A DNA stretch of 64,000 nt from Truepera sp. (GCA_965218435.1 CBDCKW010000009.1:2400001-2464000); one strand, 5' to 3'. Shown: positions 1-10,253, counted from the first letter of the stretch. Numbers and translations: made by a program. The notes: a model not told the origin generated them from the letters alone.

Positions 1-1
1 C

Positions 2-1135
2 CCCAATCAGATTCTAGAGATCGCCGTGCGTTACGGCGAACGCAGCTTGCCGGGGCGCAACTTTCCTGACAAGGCGATTGACCTGATTGATGAGGCCGCT
101 GCCCGCACCCGGCTCAACAAGTCGCTCGGTTTTCCGATTTTAGAAGAAGAGGACGGGACCCCGGTCGTCTCGCGCGAGGACATCGAAGCGGTGGTGAACT
201 CTTGGGGCGGGATTTATGTGGATGACCAAGACGACGAAAAGTTGGCGAGTATCGAAACCGAACTCCGCAAGCTCGTCGTTGGACAAGACGGGGCCATCCG
301 CTCACTCGGCTCAGCCCTGCGCCGCGCCCGCGTCGGCCTCGGCGGACGGACCCGCGTCTCAGCGTCGTTTTTATTCGTCGGCCCTTCAGGTGTCGGTAAA
401 ACCTTCCTGGCCAAACAGCTTGCGGTTGAGTTATTCGGTTCTGAACGCTCCCTCGTCCGTTTGGACATGTCCGAATACCAAGAACCGCACTCGATTTCTA
501 AACTGATCGGCGCACCTCCGGGGTACGTCGGTCACGAACAGGGCGGTAGGCTCACCGAAGCGGTGCGGCGTCAACCCTTCTCAGTGGTCTTGTTAGACGA
601 AATCGAAAAGGCGCACCCGGACATCTACAACGCCTTTTTGCAAGTTATGGATGACGGTCGGATGACCGACGGTTTAGGCCGCACGGTTGACTTTCGCCGC
701 GTGATCCTCATTATGACCTCGAATACCGGCTTTAATAAAGCCGCTCAGGTCGGCTTTCAAGACGTCTCAAGAGACGTACAGGGGCCGCTTAAAAACATCT
801 TTACGCCTGAGTTTTTAGACCGCTTAGACGAAGTGATCGCCTTTGAGACCTTTGACGAGCACGGGATTTTGCACATCACCAATCAGATGTTAGACGACAT
901 CCGCGAAGACCTCGCGCAGCGCGACATTCAGGTGTCGTTTAGCCCTGAAGTTGCGACCTTCTTGGTCTCAAAGATGCCTAAAGGCGACTCGGCGCGGCCG
1001 ATGCGTTCAGTGATGCGCGAGCACATCGAAGACCCGCTGTCATTAGAGATTTTGCAGCAGGGCTCGAGCGAACCGATTATGATCGCCGTTGAAGACGAGA
1101 AGGTCGTATTCGCGCGACCGGTAGCCATAGCTTAG
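2..1135 (+). CDS. clpC: ATP-dependent Clp protease ATP-binding subunit (ClpC/ClpA type), 5' end outside window
   Basis: FPDKAIDLIDEA motif; second AAA+ module GPSGVGKT, RLDMSEYQE, LIGAPPGYVG, LLDEIEKAH; frame is open from the window start. Confidence 0.85.
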   Translation, partial: PNQILEIAVRYGERSLPGRNFPDKAIDLIDEAAARTRLNKSLGFPILEEEDGTPVVSREDIEAVVNSWGGIYVDDQDDEKLASIETELRKLVVGQDGAIRSLGSALRRARVGLGGRTRVSASFLFVGPSGVGKTFLAKQLAVELFGSERSLVRLDMSEYQEPHSISKLIGAPPGYVGHEQGGRLTEAVRRQPFSVVLLDEIEKAHPDIYNAFLQVMDDGRMTDGLGRTVDFRRVILIMTSNTGFNKAAQVGFQDVSRDVQGPLKNIFTPEFLDRLDEVIAFETFDEHGILHITNQMLDDIREDLAQRDIQVSFSPEVATFLVSKMPKGDSARPMRSVMREHIEDPLSLEILQQGSSEPIMIAVEDEKVVFARPVAIA

Positions 1136-1152
1136 TAGCGCCGATAAAATGC

Positions 1153-1184
1153 AAGAAAAGCCGAGGAGAACCTCGGCTTTTCTT
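1153..1184. terminator. Bidirectional intrinsic terminator after clpC
   Basis: AAGAAAAGCCGAGG-AGAA-CCTCGGCTTTTCTT perfect inverted repeat with A/T tails. Confidence 0.8.
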
Positions 1185-1241
1185 CTGTTACGCGCTAAGG
1201 TACAGATGAGTTCAAGCTTACCCAAGCTCGAGGAGTAACTG

Positions 1242-1676
1242 TTGACCTACGTCGCAGGTTTTATGTTTTCAGAAAATGGCGCGGACGTTTTACTGATTGA
1301 AAAACAAAGTCCCGCGTGGCAACGGGGATTCTTAAATGCTGTCGGCGGCAAAGTCGAACCCGGTGAGGAGCCTTTGGAGGCGATGACTCGAGAGTTTAGG
1401 GAAGAGACAGGTGTCAACACAGAAAGCTCGGCTTGGTGCCATTTCGTGACAATTCAAACCGGTACAGCACGAGTTGACTTCTTCTTTACTCACAGCAGCC
1501 TCCTGTACGAGGCTCGAACCGTAGAGACAGAAAAGGTTATCTGCTGCCGGGTCGCCAAACTACCGGCCAACATACTGCCCAACTTAAGGTGGCTGATTCC
1601 TCTGGCGCTAGACAAAACCTTGTCTTTTAAGCGCCCAGTTTTGTTGACTGAAACAGCTCACCTTAAAAGAGGCTGA
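1242..1676 (+). CDS. NUDIX hydrolase
   Basis: Nudix box GGKVEPGEEPLEAMTREFREETG; GAGGAG SD before TTG. Confidence 0.85.
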   Translation: MTYVAGFMFSENGADVLLIEKQSPAWQRGFLNAVGGKVEPGEEPLEAMTREFREETGVNTESSAWCHFVTIQTGTARVDFFFTHSSLLYEARTVETEKVICCRVAKLPANILPNLRWLIPLALDKTLSFKRPVLLTETAHLKRG

Positions 1677-1697
1677 CAGCATCTCGCTGTCAGCCTC
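1669..1697. terminator. Hairpin between convergent genes
   Basis: GAGGCTGACAGC-ATCTC-GCTGTCAGCCTC 12-bp perfect stem. Confidence 0.6.
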
Positions 1698-1729
1698 GAG
1701 TAAACCCTACCGGATAAACCGGTACCCTA

Positions 1730-3637
1730 TTACGGGTAGTCTACGATGTAAACCGGAACCCCGATCCTGGTCGTGTCCGCCGGACCTCCGACACCGTTGA
1801 CCACGTGGTTGATCGTTCCGGCGCTCAGGTTAACCGTCAGGATGTGATGCAGCCGAACCCCCGACGTCTCAGGCACCTCAAAGCCGTTTTCAGTGACGAT
1901 AGACGGGTTGTTCTGGTTAAAGACGTAAACACCGCCCCCATAAAGGTTGTGCCGCCGCACCTGATCGCCGACTTTATAGCCGGCGTAACCCAAGGTATCG
2001 CCGTTCATCCAATCGGCCTGCGTAGGCGGGTCATACGGCAATTCGTTTTGGTAGAGAATGACCGTGCCGTTTTCGCCGTTCCAGATGGTGTTGTACTCCT
2101 GGAAGTGCTCGACAAATAAGCCCGTCGCCGTGACGTTGTCGCCGTTAATCACCGCTCCGTTAAGGCCGATGTTGGTATTCCAGCGGTCGGTATCGCCGTT
2201 GACGCCTTTGGTAAAGCCTTCAAGCCCGTGGTCGGCGCGCCACACCCAAGTATGGTCAATGAGCACGTTGTCGCGGTTGACCTCGAGCGCTACATTAGCT
2301 TTACCGATGTGCGGCCCCCCGACCCGGAAGTACACGTCTGAAAGCGTCGTCGGGTCTGACGGATCGTTCTTTTTGGGGCTGCTGTTGCCGTTCTTTTTAC
2401 CGACTTGGAGGAGCACCGGCGACAAAGTAGTGCCCGCGTCAAGGGTAACCCCGGCGACGATGACGCCGGGAACATCAGCAACCGTCATAGGAACGGCCCC
2501 ACCGACTGCGGTCAGCGTCGCGTGCCCGATGCCGAGGACGACCGTATCGGCACGTTTAACTTTGATACTCTGACCGATGTTGTAGACGCCGGGGGTAAGC
2601 AGCAGGTTCTGGCCGCGGGCGAGTGCGTTGTTGATGACCTGCACCGAGTCCGACGGCTTTGCGACAAAAAACTCGCTGAGCGGAACCGTACGGCCTGCGG
2701 TGGCGTCTTCACTCCACGAAGTGCCGCGCGTGTTTGTTCGGGCTGACGGCACACGGACGTTGTACGCGCCCCGCGCGTCAATCAACAGGTAAGGCTTTTC
2801 ACGGCTGACCGGCGTTGTCTGAAGTGTCGTATACGGCGGGTTCGGAAATCCAGCCTCGGACGGGGCACCTTCAACCCCGGAGAAGACCTGGTTCCAGACA
2901 CCGTTCGACCAACCGCCGAGTTCGCTGTTACGCGTAAGCCACTGCTGCTGCGAACCGTTGATCACGAACTCAGTTTTCGAGTCGGCGATAAAGCCACCAC
3001 TCGCGTACTGTGGCCCTGCGGTGCAGTAGTCTTGAAGCGATAAGTTGCCCCCGGTGATATTAAAGCGGCGTAGCGACACAGCCTGCGATACGGCCCAAAA
3101 GTTGGCAGAAGCGCGGCAGCCATCTTGACCTCTACCGTTGACCTGAACTGTGAGGTTAGAAAGTGTACGCCAAAAGTTATTCAGCGCGATACAGTTTTGC
3201 GTACCGTCGGCATTTTGGGAACACTGATTGTAAACCTCGACTTTACCGTTGATGGTAACGTCAGTCGGCGACGCGCCCAAACCGGAGATTTCAGTGTAGT
3301 AGCCGACTTTAATTTGGAGTGGCTGCTCGTTAGTCCCGTACGTGCCCGGTTTGAAGAGATAAGCATAACGTTCACGGCCGAACTGGTTGTCAACCTGCTT
3401 GGCGTACGTGGCGTCAAGTGTTGCTTGAATCTCACTGACCGGCATACTCGAGTCGAAAACCGTGACGTTCTGACCGAGATCACTCTGGCCCCTGGGCTTA
3501 GCGGCTGTTTCCAACGCCGGGTCAGCCGTAAGCGTGCTGCACGCACTGAGAAGAAGTGCGGTACCTAAAAGGAGGGAGAGAGCTCGAGCCCCCCCACGGC
3601 TACTAGGTACCTGATCGGCGGCTTGCGGTTTCTGCAT
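1730..3637 (-). CDS. Lipoprotein, GH55-like exo-beta-1,3-glucanase (bacterial SacteLam55A-type beta-helix)
   Basis: ATG at 3637 with AGAAAGGA SD; lipobox LLSAC; motifs RYAYLFKPGTY, NNFWR, WAVSQA, SGGFIAD, QQQW, WVWRADHG, VEHFQ, QNELPYD. Confidence 0.7.
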   Translation of the reverse strand: MQKPQAADQVPSSRGGARALSLLLGTALLLSACSTLTADPALETAAKPRGQSDLGQNVTVFDSSMPVSEIQATLDATYAKQVDNQFGRERYAYLFKPGTYGTNEQPLQIKVGYYTEISGLGASPTDVTINGKVEVYNQCSQNADGTQNCIALNNFWRTLSNLTVQVNGRGQDGCRASANFWAVSQAVSLRRFNITGGNLSLQDYCTAGPQYASGGFIADSKTEFVINGSQQQWLTRNSELGGWSNGVWNQVFSGVEGAPSEAGFPNPPYTTLQTTPVSREKPYLLIDARGAYNVRVPSARTNTRGTSWSEDATAGRTVPLSEFFVAKPSDSVQVINNALARGQNLLLTPGVYNIGQSIKVKRADTVVLGIGHATLTAVGGAVPMTVADVPGVIVAGVTLDAGTTLSPVLLQVGKKNGNSSPKKNDPSDPTTLSDVYFRVGGPHIGKANVALEVNRDNVLIDHTWVWRADHGLEGFTKGVNGDTDRWNTNIGLNGAVINGDNVTATGLFVEHFQEYNTIWNGENGTVILYQNELPYDPPTQADWMNGDTLGYAGYKVGDQVRRHNLYGGGVYVFNQNNPSIVTENGFEVPETSGVRLHHILTVNLSAGTINHVVNGVGGPADTTRIGVPVYIVDYP

Positions 3638-4159
3638 AGCTATCCTTTCTGGATCGTCATCTAAGGTGTTGTGTAACCTGAGTAAACCACATTCGGTACA
3701 GCTGTCTCTCCCCCATTCCAACACCGCCTCAAAACTGTTTCCCAAAACATGCCCGCGCCCGGTCACAGCAAGAGCCGATTACCTCTTAACCTATGAGCGC
3801 CGCACGGCTTCTAGTGGCGGCTAAAATTCAGGTAAGAGGTATGTTTATGAGTATGAAATTACCTTAACAAGTTCGCTTCATCTTGTCAAATGAAGCCAAC
3901 ACCGAGGCGTCTAAAGAATGACGGCTAACCTAAACTCAAGTTAGCTGTGAGCTTGAGGTAAAGGCGCGACTTAGCACAAAGGACCCGCCCGAAGCCGGAG
4001 TAATCAGGGTACAAAGCCCGCCGCGAAAGTAGGCTAAAACGCGCTGCAAAATAGCTTTTTAGCCCAACTTTACTCAGACTCTCGCCGGGTAACGCTTAAC
4101 TGAGGTGACTTCTACGGTTTCAGCTCGACCTGTACTAAAGGATGTTTGGGAAATAGAGT

Positions 4160-5082
4160 AGACCTCCGGCGAAAGTAGCTCGAAGATGACAACATGTAAA
4201 GATGCGCGAACAAACAGCACGGAGTCTAAAGTTGTCACCTGAGAAGTTCAAACGCAAACTTGGGGTCAAGCCCACCACTTTCAGAACGATGCTGGAGTTA
4301 CTTAAAGCGAGAGAGGGGCGGAAGAAGAAACGCGGACGAACTCCCGCGCTGTGTCTTGAAGACCAACTTGTACTGACCCTATCGTTTTTACGAGAATACC
4401 GAACCCACTTTCACTTGTCAGAAGATTGGGGCGTAGACGAGAGCACCGTGCGGCGCACCATAGAACGCGTCGAAGACGCCCTCATCAGCTCGGGTAAGTT
4501 CACACTGCCGGGACGCAAAGCGTTGCGTGACGACCAGACGCTAGAAGTTGTGGTAGTGGATATTGCCGAGTCGCCGGTTGAACGTCCCAAAAAAACAAAG
4601 TGCCCCAAGCGCAGCGGCAGGGTAGCGGCGTTACTACTCGGGTAAGAAGAAACGACACACGCAAAAGAGCCAAGTATTTGTTGCACAAAACAGTCAGCGC
4701 ATCCTATGTACGGCTTATGGCAAAGGCCGAGCACACGACTTCAAGTTATTGACACAAAGCCGCTGCGCTACGGTGCTCGCGCCAAACACCGAACTTCTTT
4801 CTGATAGCGGCTTTCAGGGCGTGGCTAAGCTTCATCCCAAAAGCCGTACCCCGCATAAACGTTGGAAGGGTAACGTACTTACCCCAGAGCAACAGCTACA
4901 TAACCGCATCCTAGCTAAAGAACGCATCCTCGCTGAACACGTCATTCGTAAGCTTAAGGTCTGGCGTATCCTCAAAGAAACCTATCGTCATCGGCGCAGG
5001 CGCTTTGGACTTCGGCTTAATCTCATTGCTGCTCTCTACAACCATGATCTACAAGCCATTGTGTGACTTTCGCCGGAGGTCT
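4160..5082 (+). mobile_element. IS5-family (ISL2/IS702-like) insertion sequence
   Basis: 17-bp perfect TIRs AGACCTCCGGCGAAAGT (4160-4176) and ACTTTCGCCGGAGGTCT (5066-5082); 3-bp AGT direct repeats at 4157-4159 and 5083-5085. Confidence 0.9.
4202..5066 (+). pseudogene. IS5-family transposase in two frames (HTH ORF 4202-4645 plus DDE part), with an in-frame TAG in the -1 frame
   Basis: A-run CCC AAA AAA A at the usual frameshift site; the -1 frame reads KQSAPSAAAG*RRYYSGKKKRHT...HDFKL...DSGFQG...EH with TAG at 4623-4625. Confidence 0.7.
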
Positions 5083-5269
5083 AGTCAAGCCTTGCAATCA
5101 AGCCCAAGCCGTAAACCTTCTGAGAAGCACCCATACCAGTGAATTCGAACGTGTTTCTGAGAACTCAATCGTCAAACTCAGTACATTAGAGACGAAGAAG
5201 GAAATTCCAAAATACCCTCTACGGAGACGCAGCGGACGACACTACCGTAAACGCCCCCCAGAACGCTGC

Positions 5270-5449
5270 GCCTCCGTCAACCACGCCAATGTGGTACAAC
5301 CCGGCGACTCACTCTCAAAAATTTCTAAAGCGTTTTACGGTACCGGGGCGCACTGGCCCGAACTCCTCGCCGCCAAGCCAAGCTTAAAGAACCCCGATCA
5401 GCTCTTCTCAGGAACGGTGCTCGTCGTTCCGTGCGTTTGCCTTAGCTGA
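5270..5449 (+). pseudogene. LysM-domain gene remnant
   Basis: VVQPGDSLSKISKAFYG...NPDQLFSGTVLVVP is a LysM repeat; the upstream part is degraded and abuts the IS. Confidence 0.55.
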
Positions 5450-5465
5450 TTCAAGGAGAGGCCGG

Positions 5466-6437
5466 TCAAAAAGGTAGCTCGGCTTCACGCTTTGGACCTG
5501 CCGCGCCGTCCCAACAGAGCGGCTTGAAATCGCAGTACGCGCACACCTTTAGCTCGGTCGTCGGAGGGATGGTGTAAGGGTTACGGTCGTCTTTTGCCCG
5601 ACCCGCCAGCAGCGTTTGCATCGCCGTTGCCGATACCTGAAGGTGCGCCTCGAGCCCACTTACCTCTCTTGCTGTAAGCGAATAATCTCTAAGTTCATCG
5701 GTTAAAAGTTGCACCTCGAGCAGCGCCACGTCTTCAGCCCTGAGCCCGCCCAAGCCAGGCATTCCCCCCTGAGCACCGGAACGGAAGAGCGCGAACGCGT
5801 ATCCCGCGAGCTGTTCCCGGTAGTTTGCAGCGGCACGCGCGTGAACTTTCCAGTCTACGATCAGCGGCGGCGCGTTCCGAAAAAAAGCGATCAGGTCGAG
5901 AACAGCGCGCACCGTGACCGGCTCACCGTCAGGGAGCGTAAGCCGGTAGCTGAGCGCCCGTTGCGGAAAAAGTCTGGCGTTTAAGAGCCGCCCCAAGAGC
6001 GGCCTCAGCTCGAGCAGATGGGTCAAGGCCACTTCGATATCGGCCCACGCTTGCCCCAACTTTTCTTCCGCGGGCGTTCTCCCCTGTTCAACCTCGCGGA
6101 GCAGCAAAAAGTCTTTGTGCTGACTCGGTTTGAGGCCGGGTTCATGGAGACGGTGCGACAACGCAAAAGCAAGCTGAGCGTCATAACGTTTTCTAGCGAC
6201 ACTTAAAAGCGTCGCCAGCGTCGGCACCTGCCCCCAGCTAAGGGGCGGTACGACGTGCTGCGTGATCACGTCGTCAACGAGCCGACCGCGCCACGACCAG
6301 AGGCTGTCGAGTTTGCCGAGCAGGTACGCTTCGCGCCGCACCGGGTCTTTGGCTGCGTGATGGGCGACGACCTGCCGGTAAAACCACCGACGCGGGCAGC
6401 CCGCAAACGACCGGCCCGCACTAAACGACCAGTTCAC
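5466..6437 (-). CDS. PD-(D/E)XK nuclease, Cas4/AddB-like with four-Cys Fe-S motif
   Basis: N-terminal SFS...CPRRWFY; motifs D, IVDWK and QLAGY; C-terminal CAYCDFKPLC. Confidence 0.8.
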   Translation of the reverse strand: MNWSFSAGRSFAGCPRRWFYRQVVAHHAAKDPVRREAYLLGKLDSLWSWRGRLVDDVITQHVVPPLSWGQVPTLATLLSVARKRYDAQLAFALSHRLHEPGLKPSQHKDFLLLREVEQGRTPAEEKLGQAWADIEVALTHLLELRPLLGRLLNARLFPQRALSYRLTLPDGEPVTVRAVLDLIAFFRNAPPLIVDWKVHARAAANYREQLAGYAFALFRSGAQGGMPGLGGLRAEDVALLEVQLLTDELRDYSLTAREVSGLEAHLQVSATAMQTLLAGRAKDDRNPYTIPPTTELKVCAYCDFKPLCWDGAAGPKREAELPF

Positions 6438-6547
6438 GCCGCCCGCTGACGTTGGCTAAAGTGCATCCGAGCATTGAGGTCTGCTAAAGGCACTCTGAGT
6501 AAAGCCGTATCCGTCCAATCAAAGCACGTCCCGGTAGCTTGAATCAT
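6434..6547 (-). CDS. 37-aa small ORF or gene remnant coupled to the nuclease gene
   Basis: ATG at 6547 is 5 nt after CATAGT; its TGA overlaps the nuclease GTG (GTGA). Confidence 0.35.
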   Translation of the reverse strand: MIQATGTCFDWTDTALLRVPLADLNARMHFSQRQRAA

Positions 6548-6743
6548 CCCTTACTATGCCATGTGAGCCGCCCGGTTTAGTGGGTTAAGCGGTTGGGGCT
6601 CGAGGCGGCTCGAGCCCCTCCAGAGGTCAGCTTACACAGCGGTTCTTAGCCAAACCATGGTATTTGCAGTCAACGGCTTATGAAAAGCAGAGCGTTACAT
6701 TGAAAATACTACGAACACTTTTCCCTTAGCAATATAGTGATAA

Positions 6744-7469
6744 ATGAAAATTGTCGTCTCAACAGATATACACGCTAATCTACCTGCTTTGAAAGCAGCT
6801 CTGAAACAGATAAAGAGAGAAGGGTATGACCTACTCTTTCATCTCGGCGATGTGATTGATATCGGTCCTTTTCCGGGCGAATGTTTAGACCTCATGCTCA
6901 ACCAAAAGAACAGCCGCTTCGTTATGGGCAATCACGACCGGTGGTTTGTAGAAGGCTTACCTTCAGTTAAGCCTAAGTGGATGAGCGAGGGTGAACTCGA
7001 GCATATAGCTTGGACGCTGGCACAGCTAGACCCTCAGCTACAACCTATAGTCGCCAGTTGGCCTTACCAAATTACAGAAGAGTTTGAAGGTGTAAAGACA
7101 TCTTTTATCCACTATGGTTTAGACGCCGCTGAACAAAACTGGCTGCCTATTATTCACAACCCTCAACCTAAAGATTTGGATGGGCTTTTCTCTTCTCCCA
7201 CATCGTCAGAACTTATTTTTTACGGGCATCATCACCCTTTTTCTGATTTATCGGGAAGAGCACGTTACATAAATCCAGGTGCACTCGGTTGTCATTCTTC
7301 AGCTTTGGCAAGGTTCACGGTAGTTGAGTACAGCGGCTTGAACTATTCCGCTACGCAACGCTCGGTGCCCTATGACGATGCGCCGCTAGTTCAAGCTTTT
7401 AAGCGACGCAACGTGCCCGACAAAACTCTTATCGATCAGGCTTTTTTTGGCGGACGACTCTCTTTGTAG
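6744..7469 (+). CDS. Calcineurin-like metallophosphoesterase
   Basis: DIHAN, GDVID, GNHD, GHHH and INPG motifs; TATAGT 5 nt upstream of ATG. Confidence 0.85.
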   Translation: MKIVVSTDIHANLPALKAALKQIKREGYDLLFHLGDVIDIGPFPGECLDLMLNQKNSRFVMGNHDRWFVEGLPSVKPKWMSEGELEHIAWTLAQLDPQLQPIVASWPYQITEEFEGVKTSFIHYGLDAAEQNWLPIIHNPQPKDLDGLFSSPTSSELIFYGHHHPFSDLSGRARYINPGALGCHSSALARFTVVEYSGLNYSATQRSVPYDDAPLVQAFKRRNVPDKTLIDQAFFGGRLSL

Positions 7470-7559
7470 TCAGTGTGCTTAGCTAGACGTTGCTGAAGAT
7501 TTTAAGCAAGAGTCATGACTGTGGTTCAGTAGTTTAACCAGCCAAATCACCTACCGTTT

Positions 7560-8591
7560 CTAGCCCAAGTAGTTTCTCAACCTCGCTATTTCTAGTTGCC
7601 AAATGGTTTCAGACCTGTACACCTTGAACCCAAGCTTGTGGTTGATGGCCAGCATCGGCGCGTTCGAGTCGGCGTTTCCCGTGCGGATACGTTTGACAGA
7701 AGGGCGCTCCGCCAGAACTTTCTGAATCATCGCGGCTTTAAGCCATTTGCCAAGCCCGTTGCCCCGATACTCAGGTAAGACGCCTGTATCATCTTGCTCG
7801 AGGTTCTCCGGGTCCTCCGGGTACCAGTACGTTTCTGTAAAACCGGCCAAGCGACCAGACGGTTTGTGACGAACGTAGAGCACCCGGCGTTCGACCCCTC
7901 GAGCCAGGTCATAAGCTTCTCCTTCGCGTAACTCTTCAGGGGTCGTCTGCTCGTCCTCCTGCTCGAGTTCGTCTCTAGGTGCTGTGTTCATCACGTTAAA
8001 AAGCTCAGCGATGGCGTGAAGGTCAGCGTCAGGGTAACGGCTCCCCCAAAAGCCCAATTCAAAATCTCGAGCTTTAGTGTTGGCAAGGTCTAGCCAGTCA
8101 CGTAAGCGTTCTTTGCTGAGTTCTTCCAAAGCGAGCTGGTTCGTACTTGCTTCTAAGCCTTTGGTTGCCCCAAGCCGCTCGGCAAAGCCTTGACCGTCAG
8201 GTACAAACGAGCTTGTTCTACCTGTCAAAAGCGTCCGTTTATACTTCTCTGCAAAGGCCATCACCTTTTCGAGCAAGGGTTTTGTGTAACCCTTTCTCCG
8301 GTAGGGCTTTAGGATTTGAAGCTCTGCTGAAAACAAATGCGGGTTATCTTTGCCGGAGTTTGCTGTTAAGAAGAGTTCAGCAACGATTTTCTCGTCTTCC
8401 CATAAATGCCACACTTCAAGTTTGGCTCCTTCAATCAGTTTCCAGCCTCGAGCGTTGTTGATACTGAACTCTAGCGGCATATTCGGGTCATCGGGCATTT
8501 CCTCTTGTAGCCTTAAGCCAAGGTATTCGTGGCGGCTCCTAAAGTAGCTTTCGCTGGCAGTATCGGGGTCGAAACGTTCTAGCGTAGGCAT
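7560..8591 (-). CDS. Tandem GNAT acetyltransferase
   Basis: Two acetyl-CoA motifs (PYRRKGY, PEYRGNGLG) and NADSNAPMLAINHKLGF; TAAGGAGG SD. Confidence 0.85.
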   Translation of the reverse strand: MPTLERFDPDTASESYFRSRHEYLGLRLQEEMPDDPNMPLEFSINNARGWKLIEGAKLEVWHLWEDEKIVAELFLTANSGKDNPHLFSAELQILKPYRRKGYTKPLLEKVMAFAEKYKRTLLTGRTSSFVPDGQGFAERLGATKGLEASTNQLALEELSKERLRDWLDLANTKARDFELGFWGSRYPDADLHAIAELFNVMNTAPRDELEQEDEQTTPEELREGEAYDLARGVERRVLYVRHKPSGRLAGFTETYWYPEDPENLEQDDTGVLPEYRGNGLGKWLKAAMIQKVLAERPSVKRIRTGNADSNAPMLAINHKLGFKVYRSETIWQLEIARLRNYLG

Positions 8592-8911
8592 AAATGGCCT
8601 CCTTAAAGGTATAAACCGTTTTATCTAGTTGAGAAGAAAGTAGAGTTGCGCGCTCGAGCACCTTGAGGCACCGAGGCAAGCCGTTCCCCAAGCCCCCATA
8701 GATACAAGAGCGTCAAGCATCGGCTAAGTGACTCGGCTCTAAACCAAGCTGGGTGTTTTAGACAAGAACTTTCAAAGTAGGTCTATCGTGGCATAAAACG
8801 AGCGAGATGTCTAACATCGTCTAATTCCACTGCCCGCTCAGTAGAGCGACCTAAAGTTCTGCTGGTACGGTGCAACTTTTTTGTAAGCGTTTAGGACTTA
8901 TGATGGTCTAA

Positions 8912-10249
8912 GTGGCGAAGATCAGTACAACTTATGTTTGTAACGAATGCGGCACGCAGTCGCCGGTCAAGATGGGTAAGTGTCCGCGCTGCGGCGCGTG
9001 GGGCAGTATGGAGGCGCAGGTCTCCGCGCCGAGTGGCGTAAGTGGAGGGAAGGCTGCGGCTAGGGGCTTTGCACCGCCGGTTGTGGTCGAGACGCTCTCG
9101 AGCCTCACCCTTACCGAGGCGCAGCGCATTCCTTCGGGCATTGATGAAGTGGACCGGGTTTTGGGCGGCGGTTGGGTCGCCGGGGCCGTGACGCTCTTAG
9201 CCGGTGAACCCGGCATCGGCAAGTCCACCTTGCTGCTACAACTCGCGCACGAGATGCTGGAGCAGGGCCACACCACACTCTACGTCGCGGGTGAAGAGTC
9301 GTTATCTCAGGTCAAGATGCGGGCAGAACGGCTCGGCGTGGCGGATAAGCTCGAGCTGACCCGCGAGACCGACGCCCGCACCTTAGCCGAACACTTCCGC
9401 GCGTTTCGGCCTCCCTTTATCATCGTGGATTCGGTGCAGACGCTGATCGCTGAAGACGGTGCGACCCCCGGCACCGTCACGCAAGTCCGCGACGGGACGG
9501 CGCTGCTGACGCAAGCTGCGAAAGAGGCGGGGAGCGCCCTCGTGTTGATCGGACACGTGACTAAGCAAGGGCAGGTGGCAGGGCCGAAAGTCGTCGAGCA
9601 TATGGTAGACGCGACCCTCGCGTTAGAAAGCGCGTCGGGCTTTCGGGTCTTGCGAACGATGAAAAACCGGTTCGGCCCCGCTGGGGAGATGGGCGTCTTT
9701 GAGATGACGACCGGCGGGATGCGGCCCGTTGCGAACCCTTCCAAGGCATTTTTGGCCGAGCGGCCTCGAGGTGTGGCAGGGTCGGCAATCGTGGCAGCCT
9801 TAGAGGGTCAACGGCCCCTCCTCTTAGAGGTGCAGGCGCTCGCCGCCAAATCTCCCTACGCCTCACCCCGGCGCACCGTGCAGGGGCTCGACCCGCGCCG
9901 CGTTGACGTGGTGCTCGCGGTGTTAGAGAGAAGGCTCGAGCTCCCCCTTGCCGGGTTGGACGTATACGTCAACGTCGCGGGTGGCCTCCGACTGACCGAC
10001 CCCGGTACCGACCTCGCAGTAGCGTTAGCCGTGTACTCGGCGGTCACGAACCGACCCCTGCCCGAAGGAACGGCGGTCGTCGGTGAGGTGGGGTTGGCCG
10101 GTGAACTCAGAAGCGTGGCGCAGCTCGAGCGCCGGATTCAAGAGGCGGGCCGCACCGAGTTTCCGCGCCTGGTTGGGCCGCCCTTAGCAGGAAGCAAACA
10201 CGTCACGGTGCGCACGCTCGCCGAGGCTATCGGAACCGTGTGGGGCTGA
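8912..10249 (+). CDS. radA: DNA repair protein RadA/Sms
   Basis: C4 zinc finger, [14 protein letters not shown] motif, Lon-like C-terminus. Confidence 0.95.
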   Translation: MAKISTTYVCNECGTQSPVKMGKCPRCGAWGSMEAQVSAPSGVSGGKAAARGFAPPVVVETLSSLTLTEAQRIPSGIDEVDRVLGGGWVAGAVTLLAGEPGIGKSTLLLQLAHEMLEQGHTTLYVAGEESLSQVKMRAERLGVADKLELTRETDARTLAEHFRAFRPPFIIVDSVQTLIAEDGATPGTVTQVRDGTALLTQAAKEAGSALVLIGHVTKQGQVAGPKVVEHMVDATLALESASGFRVLRTMKNRFGPAGEMGVFEMTTGGMRPVANPSKAFLAERPRGVAGSAIVAALEGQRPLLLEVQALAAKSPYASPRRTVQGLDPRRVDVVLAVLERRLELPLAGLDVYVNVAGGLRLTDPGTDLAVALAVYSAVTNRPLPEGTAVVGEVGLAGELRSVAQLERRIQEAGRTEFPRLVGPPLAGSKHVTVRTLAEAIGTVWG

Positions 10250-10253
10250 CGCG

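Noticed and set aside
8600..8790. Degraded second GNAT paralogue upstream of the GNAT gene
   Set aside because: Only a faint GNGL..CLK resemblance amid stop codons; too weak to call
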